From Macrostomum lignano (Eukaryota), in the NCBI GenBank assembly GCA_002269645.1, contig NIVC01001176.1:248001-312000 (forward strand): a stretch of DNA of 64,000 nt. The letters are read 5' to 3'. Position 1 is the first letter of the stretch; each line of letters begins with the position of its first letter. The notes under the pieces are model-generated. The model was given only the letters and a program-made list of their open reading frames with translations, did not search any database and was not told the origin of the DNA. Made by a program: the position numbers and the translations under genes. Below are positions 22,567 to 36,400 of the stretch, one piece after another.

Positions 22567-22911
22567 TTAATTAATCAACGCCTTACTACCAAACCGCCAA
22601 GCGTGTCTTTCGCGAAAGTAGTTGTTGCTCGGTCTCGACCTCTTCCTCCACAATCGCTCTATATAGAGATCCCTTACAACTACAGGAGCAATCATTACAC
22701 GCTTAAAAACTAATTGGGCAATACGGTGGCTCCGAGTAATGAACCAGTCCGAATTGTCATGATTAAATATCACCACAGTCAATTCCCCAGTATAGTCAGG
22801 GTCGATCACGCCAGCGCCCACTTGTATAGACTTGCGCAACACCAGGCCCGACGTGCTGGCAATCCGAGCGTAGTTCCCATCCGGAGTTTGAATCGAAATT
22901 CCGATAGGCAT
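22567..22911 (-). pseudogene. dut: Trimeric dUTPase fragment (motifs II-V; motif I missing)
   Basis: IGISIQTPDGNYARIASTSGL (motif II, canonical RSG altered to TSG), GAGVIDPDYTGEL (III), RIAQLVF (IV), RHAWRFGS (degenerate V). Intronless; the 5' end is replaced by a 17-bp tandem repeat. Confidence 0.88.
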
Positions 22912-23042
22912 TTGACTAGTGATAGTTGACTCAGTGACACTTGATTGTCAGTGACATTTGACTGTCAGGGATTAGTTGACTGTCAGTGACATTTGACTCT
23001 CAGGGATTACGCTCGTAGTTGACTGTCAGTAACATTTGACTA
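22912..23042. repeat. ~17-bp minisatellite (tgactgtcagtgacatt)
   Basis: Seven to eight degenerate copies abutting the truncated dUTPase. Confidence 0.85.
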
Positions 23043-23714
23043 GTGATCGTCGTCGGGGCCGAGCGCCTTGGTGCTTTTTCGAGCGAACAGCACAACACCC
23101 TCCGTGGTGACTGGGCTGGTGCAGAAGCCTCCTCAGTTGGGAGCGGCGTGTCCAGAGGGAGCGCAAAATTGGCAGGCAGCGGCGACGCGGGCGCGTTCAC
23201 GATGCCGGCGAAGAAGTCGCGCAATTCATTCCTGCGTTCTCCGGGGTGTCGCCGGCCAATTCAGCGCCACGCGCTTTTTGCGCCCCATCAGGGACCCAAA
23301 AGTATACTAAGCAAAATAGAAAAGTCGCCATCCAAGGACCATCCTTGTCGCCATCACAGAAGATTCCATCTGTGGTCTTCACTTTTGAAGAGTGCAGGTA
23401 AAGTCTCTCAATCTTTGCGAGTGACGCAACTTAACTACGCCGCGGCAGACTTGAGTTGAGGAATGAAGTGGAGGGAGCAGTGTGCGCGGGTTGGACGGAT
23501 TAAAGCTACCCGATCAGTTTTCTCGTATCTCTTATTTCAGGACCCTCTATAGATTTTTTAGTTTTTTACCATAATATTAAACCAGTCTACTTTATCTCAT
23601 GTCTTGATACCTGTAAGATTAATATAACTGAATATATATTTCTTCCTAGGGATTGACTATCATATCCATTTGTCAGTAGCTGGGCATGAAATTTCCATAG
23701 ATGCTCCATAGTAG

Positions 23715-24118
23715 GATTTGGGTAGGGTTGTGTAGGATTGAAGTAGAGTTGGGTTAGGTATGGTGTAGGATTAAGATAGGGTTGGTGTAGGATTGGGGTA
23801 GGGTTGGTGTAGGATTGGGGTAGGGTTGGTGTAGGATTAAGATAGGGTTGGTGTAGGATTGGGGTAGGGTTGGTGTAGGATTGGGGTAGGGTTGAGGTAG
23901 GATTGGGGTAGGGTTGGTGTAGGATTGGGGTAGGGTTGAGGTAGGATTGGGGTAGGGGGTGTAAGGATTGGGGTAGGATTGGGGTAGGATTGGGGTAGGT
24001 TGGTGTAGGATTGGGGTAGGGGGTGTAGGATTGGGGTAGGATTGGTGTGGGATTGGGGTAGGGTTGGGGTAGGTTGGGGTAGGTTGGGGTAGGGTTGGAA
24101 TTGGATTGGGGTAGACTT
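23715..24118. repeat. G-rich minisatellite (gtaggattggggtagggttggt, ~22 bp with 11-bp sub-unit)
   Basis: Directly visible tandem array. Confidence 0.92.
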
Positions 24119-24589
24119 GACGATTTGTTTTGTCGCTTGCGCCCAAGTGCATGCTTGTCTAGTAAGACCTTATTTAGCAGCTTTGGCTGGAGCTCCGTTG
24201 ATGAATAATTTTTTTAATTTGCAAACCGTTCCCCATCGCAGTAGCACTGCGCCAGAATCCTACTGAGCAAATACTGGCCTTATTGGCATTTTGCTCAGTA
24301 GATTTATTCTCCCACTCTCCCGTCTGGAAGCTGGGTCAATTAAAGCTTTGGGCCTGTGCATTTATCCCCCGACTACTCATTTTTCTTGAGCAAAACTGTA
24401 AAGTGCAAGGTTTGAAAATAGGAGCAGGGCTTGCATATTATTAAGCTCTGGATCAGACTGCGGCATCTGCTATTTATCTGGCTTTCGCTGCTCCGCAAGT
24501 CGCAATGCTGTACGTTCAACTTCGACTGAAGATTTCACAGAATGGACTGGATGCAGCTTCATCGGGGAATCTGACTGACTATTCTGAAG

Positions 24590-25877
24590 ATTCAGCAGGG
24601 AATTCTGAAGATTCAGCAGGGAATTCTGAAGATTCAGCAGGGAATTCTGAAGATTCAGCAGGGAATTTCCTGAAGATTCAGCAGGATTCAGCAGGAATCC
24701 AACTGAAGACTGAGCGGGGAATCCAACTGAAGATTCAGCGGGAATCCAACTGAAGATTCAGTGGGAATCCAATTGAAGATTCAGCAGGGAATCCAATTGA
24801 AGATTCAGCAGGGAATCCAATTGAAGATTCAGCGGGAATCCAATTGAAGATTCAGCAGGGAATCCAATTGAAGATTCAGCAGGGAATCCAATTGAAGATT
24901 CAGCAGGGAATCCAATTGAAGATTCAGCGGGAATCCAATTGAAGATTCAGCAGGGAATCCAATTGAAGATTCAGCGGGAATCCAACTAAAGATTCAGCAG
25001 GGAATCCAACTAAAGATTCAGCAGGGAATCCAACTGAAGATTCAGCGGGAATCCAACTGAAGATTCAGCGGGAATCCAATTGAAGATTCAGCAGGGAATC
25101 CAATTGAAGATTCAGCGGGAATCCAATTGAAGATTCAGCGGGAATCCAATTGAAGATTCAGCGGGAATCCAATTGAAGATTCAGCGGGAATCCAATTGAA
25201 GATTCAGCGGGAATCCAATTGAAGATTCAGCGGGAATCCAATTGAAGATTCAGCGGGAATCCAATTGAAGATTCAGCGGGAATCCAATTGAAGATTCAGC
25301 GGGAATCCAATTGAAGATTCAGCGGGAATCCAATTGAAGATTCAGCGGGAATCCAATTGAAGATTCAGCAGGGAATCCAATTGAAGATTCAGCGGGAATC
25401 CAATTGAAGATTCAGCGGGAATCCAATTGAAGATTCAGCGGGAATCCAATTGAAGATTCAGCGGGAATCCAATTGAAGATTCAGCGGGAATCCAATTGAA
25501 GATTCAGCAGGGAATCCAATTGAAGATTCAGCAGGGAATCCAATTGAAGATTCAGCGGGAATCCAATTGAAGATTCAGCGGGAATCCAATTGAAGATTCA
25601 GCGGGAATCCAACTAAAGATTCAGCAGGGAATCCAACTAAAGATTCAGCAGGGAATCCAACTGAAGATTCAGCGGGAATCCAACTGAAGATTCAGCGGGA
25701 ATCCAATTGAAGATTCAGCAGGGAATCCAATTGAAGATTCAGCAGGGAATCCAATTGAAGATTCAGCGGGAATCCAATTGAAGATTCAGCGGGAATCCAA
25801 TTGAAGATTCAGCGGGAATCCAATTGAAGATTCAGCAGGGAATCCAATTGAAGATTCAGCGGGAATCCAACTGAAGA
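24590..25877. repeat. 23/24-bp minisatellite (gggaatccaattgaagattcagc[a])
   Basis: ~1.3 kb of near-identical units with no spacers. Confidence 0.97.
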
Positions 25878-26759
25878 TTCAACCAGAGAAATGAACTGGA
25901 AAGCGCAGGAAGACAAACAGTTTTAAAGGGAGCTCTAAAAGCAGAAATGAGAGATGGGATAAAATTGAATATACACTGTAGCTAGAGGAGCAACCTGTAC
26001 TCAAATACAAAATCCCCAATTCCCAACTTAAAATTCTCCAATCCCATTCAGTCCAGCCTCCGTGCCGCATCAATGTGCAAGGTCTGTGCAAAATTAACTG
26101 CATGCCCTCTCTGTCGTGCTTACAGAAACAAAATCGATCCCATCTCACAGCTCCGTGGTTGCCCACTCCCTGGCGTCGTGTGTCTTTTCGCCCTACCCCA
26201 TTCTCTCGCCCTCGTTTGAATAATTTATATTCCACATCCAAAGCCCCGTCTATCCCAGAATCATCCTGAGCATACTGCCAAGCCTTTTCTCCAATCACCT
26301 TCGCCTTCTACTTGCTTTCTCTTCTCTCTCTCTCTCATTTCTCATTTCTTCTCCCCTGCGTAGCTGTCCGCAGTTGCCACCGTGGCGCAGCCGGACTTGA
26401 GAGCAATTAATTCTTTAGCTCAACTCGTTTAGCACTGAGCCGTGTTGGCGCATGCGGAGAGAGAGAGGGGGCTGGTGACTGTCCAACACCCATCGATTAG
26501 GTGTACCTTCCCTCCCCCTGCTTCCTAGTGTTGCTACATCTATTTATATTCTTGCACCTTTGCGTCGGGTGCCGGTTTTCTAATGAGAAGTTCTCCGTTT
26601 GTATAGTTAGTAACTGTGCTGTTTTTAATTCGAGTCATTAACTGGAATGACACACGTGTATGTGTTATAAATTGCGCTTATATTTATCCAATAAAATGTA
26701 CCAGTATATTTGACCAATGAAAACTGGAAGAACCTGATTAAATGACTAAGAATAATCGA

Positions 26760-27170
<411 letters not shown>

Positions 27171-27189
27171 AGAGGGTCAGATGATGGGA

Positions 27190-28245
27190 AGAAAGAGACG
27201 GAGATGGAAATAAAGAGACGGAGATGGAAATGAAGAGACGGAGATGGAAAGGAGGAGACGGAGATGGAAATGAAGAGACGGAGATGGAAAGGAAGAGACG
27301 GAGATGGAAAGGAAGAGACGGAGATGGAAATGAAAAGACGGAGCTGGAAATGAAGAGACGGAGATGGAAAATGAAGAGACGGAGATGGAAAATGAAGAGA
27401 CGGAGATGGAAATGAAGAGACGGAGATGGAAATGAAGAGACGGAGATGGAAATGAAGAGACGGAGATGGAAAGGAGGAGACGGAGATGGAAATGAAGAGA
27501 CGGAGATGGAAAGGAAGAGACGGAGATGGAAATGAAGAGACGGAGATGGAAATGAAGAGACGGAGATGGAAATGAAGAGACGGAGATGGAAATGAAGAGA
27601 CGGAGATGGAAAGGAGGAGACGGAGATGGAAATGAAGAGACGAAGATGGAAATGAAGAGACGGAGATGGAAATGAAGAGACGGAGATGGAAATGAAGAGA
27701 CGGAGATGGAAAGGAGGAGACGGAGATGGAAATGAAGAGACGGAGATGGAAATGAAGAGACGGAGATGGAAAGGAAGAGACGGAGATGGAAATGAAGAGA
27801 CGGAGATGGAAATGAAGAGACGGAGATGGAAATGAAGAGACGGAGATGGAAATGAAGAGACGGAGATGGAAAGGAGGAGACGGAGATGGAAAGGAGGAGA
27901 CGGAGATGGAAATGAAGAGACGGAGATGGAAAGGAAGAGACGGAGATGGAAATGAAGAGACGGAGATGGAAATGAAGAGACGGAGATGGAAATGAAGAGA
28001 CGGAGATGGAAATGAAGAGACGGAGATGGAAAGGAGGAGACGGAGATGGAAATGAAGAGACGGAGATGGAAAGGAAGAGACGGAGATGGAAAGGAAGAGA
28101 CGGAGATGGAAATGAAGAGACGGAGATGGAAATGAAGAGACGGAGATGGAAATGAAGAGACGGAGATGGAAAGGAGGAGACGGAGATGGAAAGAAAGAGA
28201 CGAAGATGGAAGGAGGAGACGGAGAGGGAAAGGGAGAGACGGAGA
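27190..28245. repeat. 20-bp minisatellite (gagacggagatggaaatgaa and variants)
   Basis: ~50 tandem units; explains the long repetitive ORFs on the minus strand. Confidence 0.97.
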
Positions 28246-29998
28246 TGCAAAAGAAGAGGGAGATAGAAGAGAAAGATGAGAGGTTACTGGAGAGATTGAG
28301 TTCAGATTCGACAAGCTCTACTGAAGACTGAAAAGGTGACGGTAAGAGAGAGAGATGGCTGGATACAGGGAGCAAAACGCGATGTATTGAACGGATAAAA
28401 AATATCCGAATCAGTTGGAAATTTGAGAGCATGATGAAAGCAGGCAGCAGATGCTGCTGCAGGCAGGTGCTCAGTGGAACAGACGTGCGGGGGCACAACT
28501 AGCAGGCTACATGAAAAGACACTGTCTGAACTAATGCTGCTTGCTGACAGGCAAGCTTCATCAATACGGAATTCGACTCAGGAATTGTTGAGGCCAAAAA
28601 TTACAGCATTGAGCATAATTATAAGTGTGCTTGCATTAGGCTACTCAAATCTGAGCGAGAAAAACATGCAAGCAAAGTGTACCAAAAAAGAATTAGCTTT
28701 CAAGAAGCCAAAATGCTAACAACGACTGAAGCTTTGAGAAGACTTTTGCACGGCGGTTGCTGGGGGGGGGGGTGGCTCAACCTGTAGCATGAGGAGCCGT
28801 TCGGAAGCCATGTCCCTCTCTCCAACCATTGGTCCCATGCAGGGTCTCCCCAGCGAGATGGGACAGGAAAATGAGGATGGGAGAAATCAGTCAATCGTTT
28901 CACCGCCCCAGTTTACGGCCGTGGAGAGCTAGACCTAACAAGAGTCTGGATGAAGGAGACTGACTGACTTTGTGAGAGTTTCTTATAGTCAAATCTGAAA
29001 CCAGTAGCTGATATTGACAGTCGGGTTGAAACTCTGCCAAAGTAAGGGGAAACAAGCTTGCCAAATTTCTTCTTGTGTTTGCATAATTAACTCAACTCAT
29101 TCATCCCAACAGCATGGAAACTGCCAGTTCACTTCCAGACGCTATATCATTTGAGCACTCCGTGAGCTCCGTGGCCCTCTCCATATTTGAGGAGGCTGGG
29201 CCCCATCTGTCCTCCATCCCGCCCACATTCTCTCCCATTTTTGGCAGCTTTCCTTAAAACTATCCTATCTTAAGAGTTCTGCAGCTCCCCTCCCGCTGTC
29301 TCCGAGAAAGTCACCCCCAAGACTTTTATCCAGGACTTGTTGCCGGGCGAGGTCGGTCCCAGCCTCTCGCTCTTCTTCATCGCGCTGGTAAGGTAATTCG
29401 ATTTCGTCTGCCACCCCATGGCAAAGTGCTCCGGCTTATATGGAATTGAAGGCCTCACGTTAGCGCTGGGGCTCCATGATTGGAAAGTTTTCTGCACTAG
29501 TTGCCAAGTGCCTCTCTTCCCCACTCCCAGCTCTAAGTCAGCAGCCCATTTCTTCTCGCCCCATCTGAGAACAGTGAGCAAGGCCACCCGGCAGGCCGAC
29601 TCTCCGCCTGAGACTTCGGCTGGAAAAGCAGCGACTTCGGGAGTGGGCGGGCTTGGAGGTGGGGGCAGGGGCTGAGGGTGGGGGGCTCGGACGGGGGATT
29701 TAATCAGAAGCTTCGGCAACCGCTAACCTCCCTCCCTCCCTCCCTTGTCGCCCTTCGCTTGGTTCCGTTCCTCATACAGATTGGCGACCCATCGCAATAT
29801 TTCCCCACCGTCGCTAAACCCAGCGACTAATTTTCCATTTCGTATTCATTGGAGGTGAGGTATTTGCATTTTTAATAAGCGATTCAAGTTTTTTGTGGCG
29901 GCTTCTTTCTTACATTTGGATTTGTTTGCGGCCTCTCACAACGGTTCAGATTCGTCTATGGCCTGTGACACCGGCTCATGCTGGTCTGTGTGGCATCG

Positions 29999-30335
29999 TG
30001 TGTAGTCTATGGCATCTCAAATAGACTCAGATTAGTCTATGGCATCTCACACAGACTCAGATTAGTCTATGGCATCTCAAATAGACTCAGATTAGTCTAT
30101 GGCATCTCAAATATACTCAGATTAGTCTATGGCATCTCAAATATACTCAGATTAGTCTATGGCATCTCACACAGACTCAGATTAGTCTATGGCATCTCAG
30201 GCTGACTCAGATTAGTCTATGGCATCTGACACAAACTCAGATTAGTCAATGGCATCTCAGGCTGACTCAGATTAGTCTATGGCATCTCACACAAACTCAC
30301 AGTAGTCTATGGCATCTCACACAGACTGAGATTAG
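29999..30335. repeat. 30-bp minisatellite (gattagtctatggcatctc-N5-gactca) upstream of the choline transporter ATG
   Basis: ~11 units with a variable 5-nt core (aaata/acaca/aggct). Confidence 0.93.
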
Positions 30336-30482
30336 TCTTTGGCCTCACAATATGGTAGATTTAGATTCGCCTATGTTTTCTTGCCCTCACAAAGACAAAT
30401 CAGTCAGTGGCTTGTCACACAAAGACTACTAAATCGTACTGTGAAAAATCTCTTCAATCCAGGCACAGCCTACACTACCGTC

Positions 30483-33400
30483 ATGGACTTCTCAAACATC
30501 AACGTCCCCGGCCTAATCTCGGTCATCATATTCTATCTGCTAATCCTGGTCGTTGGCATCTGGGCCGGCCGGAAGTCCAAGGGCCGCGGCGACAGCGAGG
30601 ATGTGATGGTGGCTGGCAGGAACATCGGCCTGGTGGTCGGCATATTCACCATGACTGGTAAGACGCTGGGCTCAAAGACTGACGCTGTGACAGAGGTACC
30701 GTCTATGGTCCAAACTCTGGTCGTTGGCATCTATAGGCCTTCTCCAGTCTCTCCCTTCTTCCCTTCTCCCCTCTCTCCCTTCTTCCATTCTCCCGTCTCT
30801 CCCTTCTTCCATTCTCCCCTCTCTCCCTTCTTCCATTCTCCCCTCTCTCCCTTCTTCCATTCTCCCGTCTCTTCCTTCTTCCATTCTCCCCTCTCTCCCT
30901 TCTTCCATTCTCCCGTCTCTTCCTTCTTTCATTCTCCCGTCTCTCCCTTCTTCTCTTCTCCCCTCTCTCCCTTCTTCCATTCTCCCGTCCCTCCCTTCTT
31001 CCCTTATCCCCTCTCTCCCTTCTTCCATTCTCCCCTCTCTCCCTTCTTCCATTCTCCCCTCTCTCCCTTCTTCTCCTCTCCCCTCTCTCCCTTCTTCCAT
31101 TCTCCCCTCTCTCCCTTCTTCCATTCTTCATTTTCTCCTTTCTTTCCTTTTTCCCCTCTCTCCCTTCTTCCATTCTTCATTCTCTCCTTTCTTTCCTTTT
31201 TCCCCTCTCTCCCTTCTTCCATTCTCCCGTCTCTGCCTTCTTCCTTTCTCCCCTCTCTCCCTTCTTCCATTCTCCCCTCTCTCCCTTCTTCCATTCTCCC
31301 CTCTCTCCCTTCTTCCATTCTCCCCTCTCTCCCTTCTTCCATTCTCCCCTCTCTCCCTTCTTCCATTATCCCGTCTCTGCCTTCACCCCTTGCTTCCTGC
31401 AGTGAAATTTGCAAGATATAGAAGCTTCTAGCGTCTTCTACACGTGCTCGCGTAGTCCACTCCGCAGACGTGCTCAGAATAAAACTTTCTTTTTTACCCG
31501 CCATTTACTTCTTTTTCTATGCCTCGCTAACGAGCAGGCAGTCAGGCAGTCAGCAGCTGGCTCGGCGGGTCAAGTCTCCTGCGAATTTTTATCTAGCCAA
31601 ACAAAATCAATCCCCGAGCATGAGGCAGAGAGTTAATCCCAGCTGCTGGGGCTGCACGCTCCGCTGGGTCCCTAGCTACGGTCAGCTCGCTAATTGGGGG
31701 GGGGGGCGATAGTATTATTGCTAAGCTATGAATTTGTGACAGTTTTGTAATTTATAAGACCGCTTTGAGCCACCCTAATTGCAACTGTTACCCTCCTGTA
31801 TGCAAATGCATTCGAGCTGATTCTCTCAAGCTATTCTCCTTTTTATTACCTACCGCCTTCTTGCTTTTGATTTGCCTCTTTTACTTTCTTCTAATCCCAC
31901 TCGTCTTCATTAGATAATTTTCTATTCAAACTGCCTCTCCCGCCTCCTCTCTCGCGTCTCCACCTCTCCCGTCTCTCCCTCTCCCTGTCCCGCCTCCTCT
32001 CCTGTCTCCCCCTCTCCCGTCTCTCCCCTCTCCCGTCTCTCCCTTTCCCTGCCTCCTCTCCCGTCTCCCCTCTCCCATCTCTCCCTCTCCCTTCTACTTC
32101 TCCTTTCCTTCCCTCTCTCCCTTCCCTCCCTCCTCCCTTCTCCTCTCCTCTCATTCTTTCTTTACTCTCCAACGAAGTGTACACTGTGCAGTACACTGTT
32201 TCACGAGTAAATTTGTTAATTTGCTGTGACATTGTCATACGATAAAATCGCTAAAGAAACTGTCGATGCACTCAGACGCCCGGCAGTAGTTAACAGCACA
32301 CCGAGGTGAAATTCGAGAGATAGAGAGCAAATACACAATCTAACTACTGATGGTCGATCAAAAGCACTGATGAAGAGAGACAGCTTCCACCATAGCGAGC
32401 TGCCTGCATCGCTTCAATCTCAAACCAGTTCTCACATTTCGGCCTGTCAGTCAGAGCTCCCCCCCCTACCCCAACCACAACTGGCCGACACGCGAGCAGA
32501 GAGGCTCTGTAAGATTTCTCAGATCGAGTAAGGGTGGGAAAAAGCAGAAGAAAAATGCATAAGGGGGTTCGGATTCGCAGGTATCGAACACTAAGCCTAA
32601 TACCTGCCGACTCTGTAATCATCAAAGGGCCGCTCGCCCCGCCCAGACCAGGGATCTGAAGAGCGAGAGAACATGGAGAGGAGAGAGTTTGTTACATTCG
32701 CCAGGAAAGAGGGAGACAAGAAGGCACGCAGACCTCGGGAAGTTTCTCCCCCCCCCCCCCGAGTCTTGGGTCGGATGGGCACAAGCGGAACACGGGCAAT
32801 TTGCATTGGGGGGGGGGGGGTTGGGCTCCGAGAGCATTGATTAAGCGATTCTCCCTCCTCCAGTCTCTCCTCAGCTTCTAGGCGGACCTCATCAATCACC
32901 CTGGGGAGGGGGGGGGGGGGTTGCAGCCAGCCGCTTGTGTGTGTATTCGGGGCAAAGTTGATCAAGAGATAGGAAGAGAGTGGGGGATTTCTCCAGATGA
33001 AGCGTGTAGCTAGGGGAAAAAGTGAGTCCTGCTCAGGTTGAGTAGGCACTCAATTCCATGGGAACATCGCATCGAAGGAATTGGTAGATGCTGGGGGTGC
33101 ACTTCTCGCACTTCATCGAGATTAATGGAATGCTGCATAAGGTGGAGGGTATTGGTCCTTGGATCTGGCGGCTCGAGAAGTTCAGTGGGATCATTATTTC
33201 TGTCCAGGTGTTTGCTGGAGCTGTCGACATCTCGTGTAATTATCAGAATTTTTGTTTGATGCGCAAGTTTTGTTTTAAACTCACGAAACCCCCCTCCCCG
33301 GTAACCCCCTGTTAAACTCAATGAAGTTTCGCGACTGTCAAAACATTTTGGCTCCTATTGATGCTAATAAAGCAACTCTTTTGGATGAGAGTTTAACAGA

Positions 33401-36400
33401 CTTAAATTTTGCTTTCAGTGTAAAAAATCAAAGGTAAGCATGTACAATAATAAATCGACCCTGGTTGGGGTTTTTAGTACGAAAATTGGCGAAGATTGGG
33501 AAGATGTCACCGAAGGCGTTGCGTTAGGGAGCCCACAAGCCCTACTGGAAATATTTGTTTTAATATTTTATCCTTTCAGTTATTGTAAATTAAATTTACC
33601 AATCATGTTTACACTCGTTATGTACATCAACTGTAAAATAACTGTATATAAAAGTTTCACTTTCAATTGTCAGATTTCATGAATTTATGGTATTCGAAGC
33701 CCAGCTATCAAAGTGAAGAGAAATTCGATGCCAAGACAGCTGGTTTTTATTCCTGTGCCGGAGTGGGCAGCCAAGGGCAGGCCAGCAGGGACCAAATAAA
33801 CGGGCAGGGTCGTAAAGCACCGGTCAAGGTCAGCACAGGCGCATCAAATCCCAGTTGGGCCTGCTTTCGGTTTCTGAACAAGAACTCTCGCTCTGTTTCT
33901 GCTGGCTTCTCCAAAGCTGCCGCCTCCGCTGCTGCGGTGTCGAGAACCTCAATAATAATAAAAAACTTGCAGCATCCCAAAATGGGAAGCGCGTGGGCGG
34001 AAGTCCCAGGCTCAGCCCATCCCTCTTTCCCTGCCCAAGGTCCCGGAGTTGGCCGTGTCGGATTTCCCGCTCTGCTCAGCTCTCTTCTCAGCCATCTTCT
34101 TTTTTGTACAGCCGTTTCGGCTAGTGCAACACACCGCATAGCACGGAGTGGGCCTAACGGTAGAAGTTTAACAAATTAATGGAGTTGTCTGTACCTCTCG
34201 CTAGAGGCCCGAGGAAGGTTCCAGAGTTTTTTAGCCCAAAATTCACACAGTCTCAACATTTTAACGTCCGGATGGCAAATGAAGAGAGTGGGAAGAGTGA
34301 GAATCTTATCGAGCTATTTTTTTTCATGGAAGGCTACCGGAGACCGGCAAACGAGCCAAGTTGCTATCTACTTTTACTGTCTATGGGCCGAAACCCAATT
34401 GACGTTACAAAACCTTAGCAAAATTTATTACATTATTTATAGAATAAAAACTGTGATTCGTGTATTTACGAGTATTTAGCTCAAGAAACTTGTGTATCAA
34501 CATAAGCAAAAGGCACACACATTTAATTTGTAGTTTGGAAGTCCAGAAGGCCCTACGAATTGTCAACTTGCAAGCTTAAATATTACAGTGGCAATCACAG
34601 AAACTAGGAACAACTAGATGGGCCACTCAGCACATTTTCGTGCAAGCTACTATTCACTTCAGTAGAGTGTTTTACACAAGCATTTTAATGTATTTTTAAA
34701 GACAAGGTAATTTATTGACTCTTTACCCCACCCCCCACTAGCTTAAAGCCCTCCAAACCGCCTTTCCACACAAATCTCTACCCCACCCCACCGCAAATTT
34801 ATTGCCTTTTTCCCGCGTTCCAGCCAATTAAAGCTGGCATGTACATTTCAGTGGACTAGCTAATGTACACAATGGCTGAACCAATTAGCAAGTTGTTTAT
34901 GTCTGCAAGCTTGGCTGCAAAGTCCGCAAAGTTAACAAAGGTTTCTTTAAATAATAGCTTATGCATTCTTCCTTACTACTAAAATAAAAGTAGAAAACTG
35001 TTTACTAAACATTTGTATACCTAGGTGGCCATCTATTTGTTCTAGTATCTGTGGTGGCAATATAGAACTCCCAGCCTAACATTTACAACCCTGTAAAACA
35101 CATTAAAGTACACACTTTTGTTGAACAAACAAATTGAACTGATAAAACGGGTCTTTATATGATTATATTATACTGAATGTACATTGAGTGTAAACTTTTT
35201 CAACCTGCACCTCTGCGCAACCCCCCCCCCCAACTTTTACAGCGACATGGGTTGGCGGCGGCTACATCAATGGCACGGCTGAGATTGTGTTCAATCCGGC
35301 TTACGGATTGGTGTGGGCGTTGGCTCCGTTCGGCTATGCGCTCAGTCTGGTGCTTGGTGAGTGCCCAGTTTGTTGTGTTGATTGCCAGACGCTAGAAAAA
35401 CTGTCAGACCACAACAAACCAGTGACAGACCCAAGTAAGCGCCACTGTCAGACCTCAGTAAGCGCCACTGTCAGACCCCAGTAAGCGCCACTGTCAGATC
35501 CAAGTAAGCGCTACTGTCAGACCCAAGTAAGCGCCACTGTCAGACCTCAGTAAGCGCCACTGTCAGACCTCAGTAAGCGCCACTGTCAGTTCTCAGTAAG
35601 CGCCACTGTCAGACCTCAGTAAGCGCCACTGTCAGTTCTCAGTAAGCGCCACTGTCAGACCTCAGTAAGCCCACTGTAAGACCCCAAGTAAACGCCACTG
35701 TCAGACCACAGTAAGCCCACTGTAAGACCCCAAGTAAACGCCACTGTCAGACCACAGTAAGCCCACTGTAAGACCCCAAGTAAGCGCCACTGTCAGACCT
35801 CAGTAAGCGCCACTGTCAGACCTCAGTAAGCGCACCAGCCGACCTTCAACGCAATTCCAGGCGGCATATTCTTCGCGGCCAAGATGCGCACCCAGGGCTA
35901 CGTGACCATGCTGGACCCGTTCCAGTACAAGTACGGCGAGAGAATGTGCGGCCTGCTGTTCGTCCCCGCACTTCTTGGCGAGGTCTTCTGGTCCGCCGCC
36001 ATTCTGTCCGCCCTGGGTGAGCCTAGAGTGAATTCTTTTATTACGGTGGAACGTAACGTCTTCGAGACATTACTCACTTCACGGCCATTCACGGCCATTC
36101 ACTTCCGGTTCAATGGTCAAAATTCTATTTGCTTCCAGTTCCAACAATCGAAATCACATTCACTTCCGGCTCCTGTGTTCAAGATCTTATTCACTTCCGG
36201 TTCCTATATTTAAGATCTTATTCACTTCCGGTTCCTATATTTAAGATCTTATTCACTTCCGGTTTCTATATTTAAGATCTTATTCACTTCCGGTTTCTAT
36301 ATTTAAGATCTTATTCACTTCCGGTTCCTATATTTAAGATCTTATTCACTTCCGGTTCCATGTTAAAAATCGCATTCACATCCGGTTGGAATTCCACTCT

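Larger units (their letters stand above)
21193..23538. mobile_element. Long-TIR non-autonomous element (~220-bp TIR) carrying a dUTPase fragment
   Basis: The right TIR 23320-23538 is the reverse complement of 21193-21300 plus 21971-~22075 (ctgaaataa..ctcaagtctgccgc; ttaagttgcgtcactcgcaaagattgagagacttt..tggcgactttt). No TSD found. Confidence 0.8.

Noticed and set aside
24590-25877. CRISPR-like array of 23-24-bp palindromic repeats
   Set aside because: Units are directly adjacent with no unique spacers, there are no cas genes, and the context is eukaryotic; it is a minisatellite.
29270-29719. Possible retroelement RT remnant (IKVLGVTF)
   Set aside because: A single short motif with no other RT signature nearby.
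29999-30335. Repeat-spacer-like array with variable cores
   Set aside because: The variable part is only ~5 nt and reuses three variants; ordinary minisatellite divergence.
32250-33330. Coding-like decayed sequence in intron 1 (minus strand)
   Set aside because: Several short ORFs broken by G/C homopolymers, with no motif I could assign.
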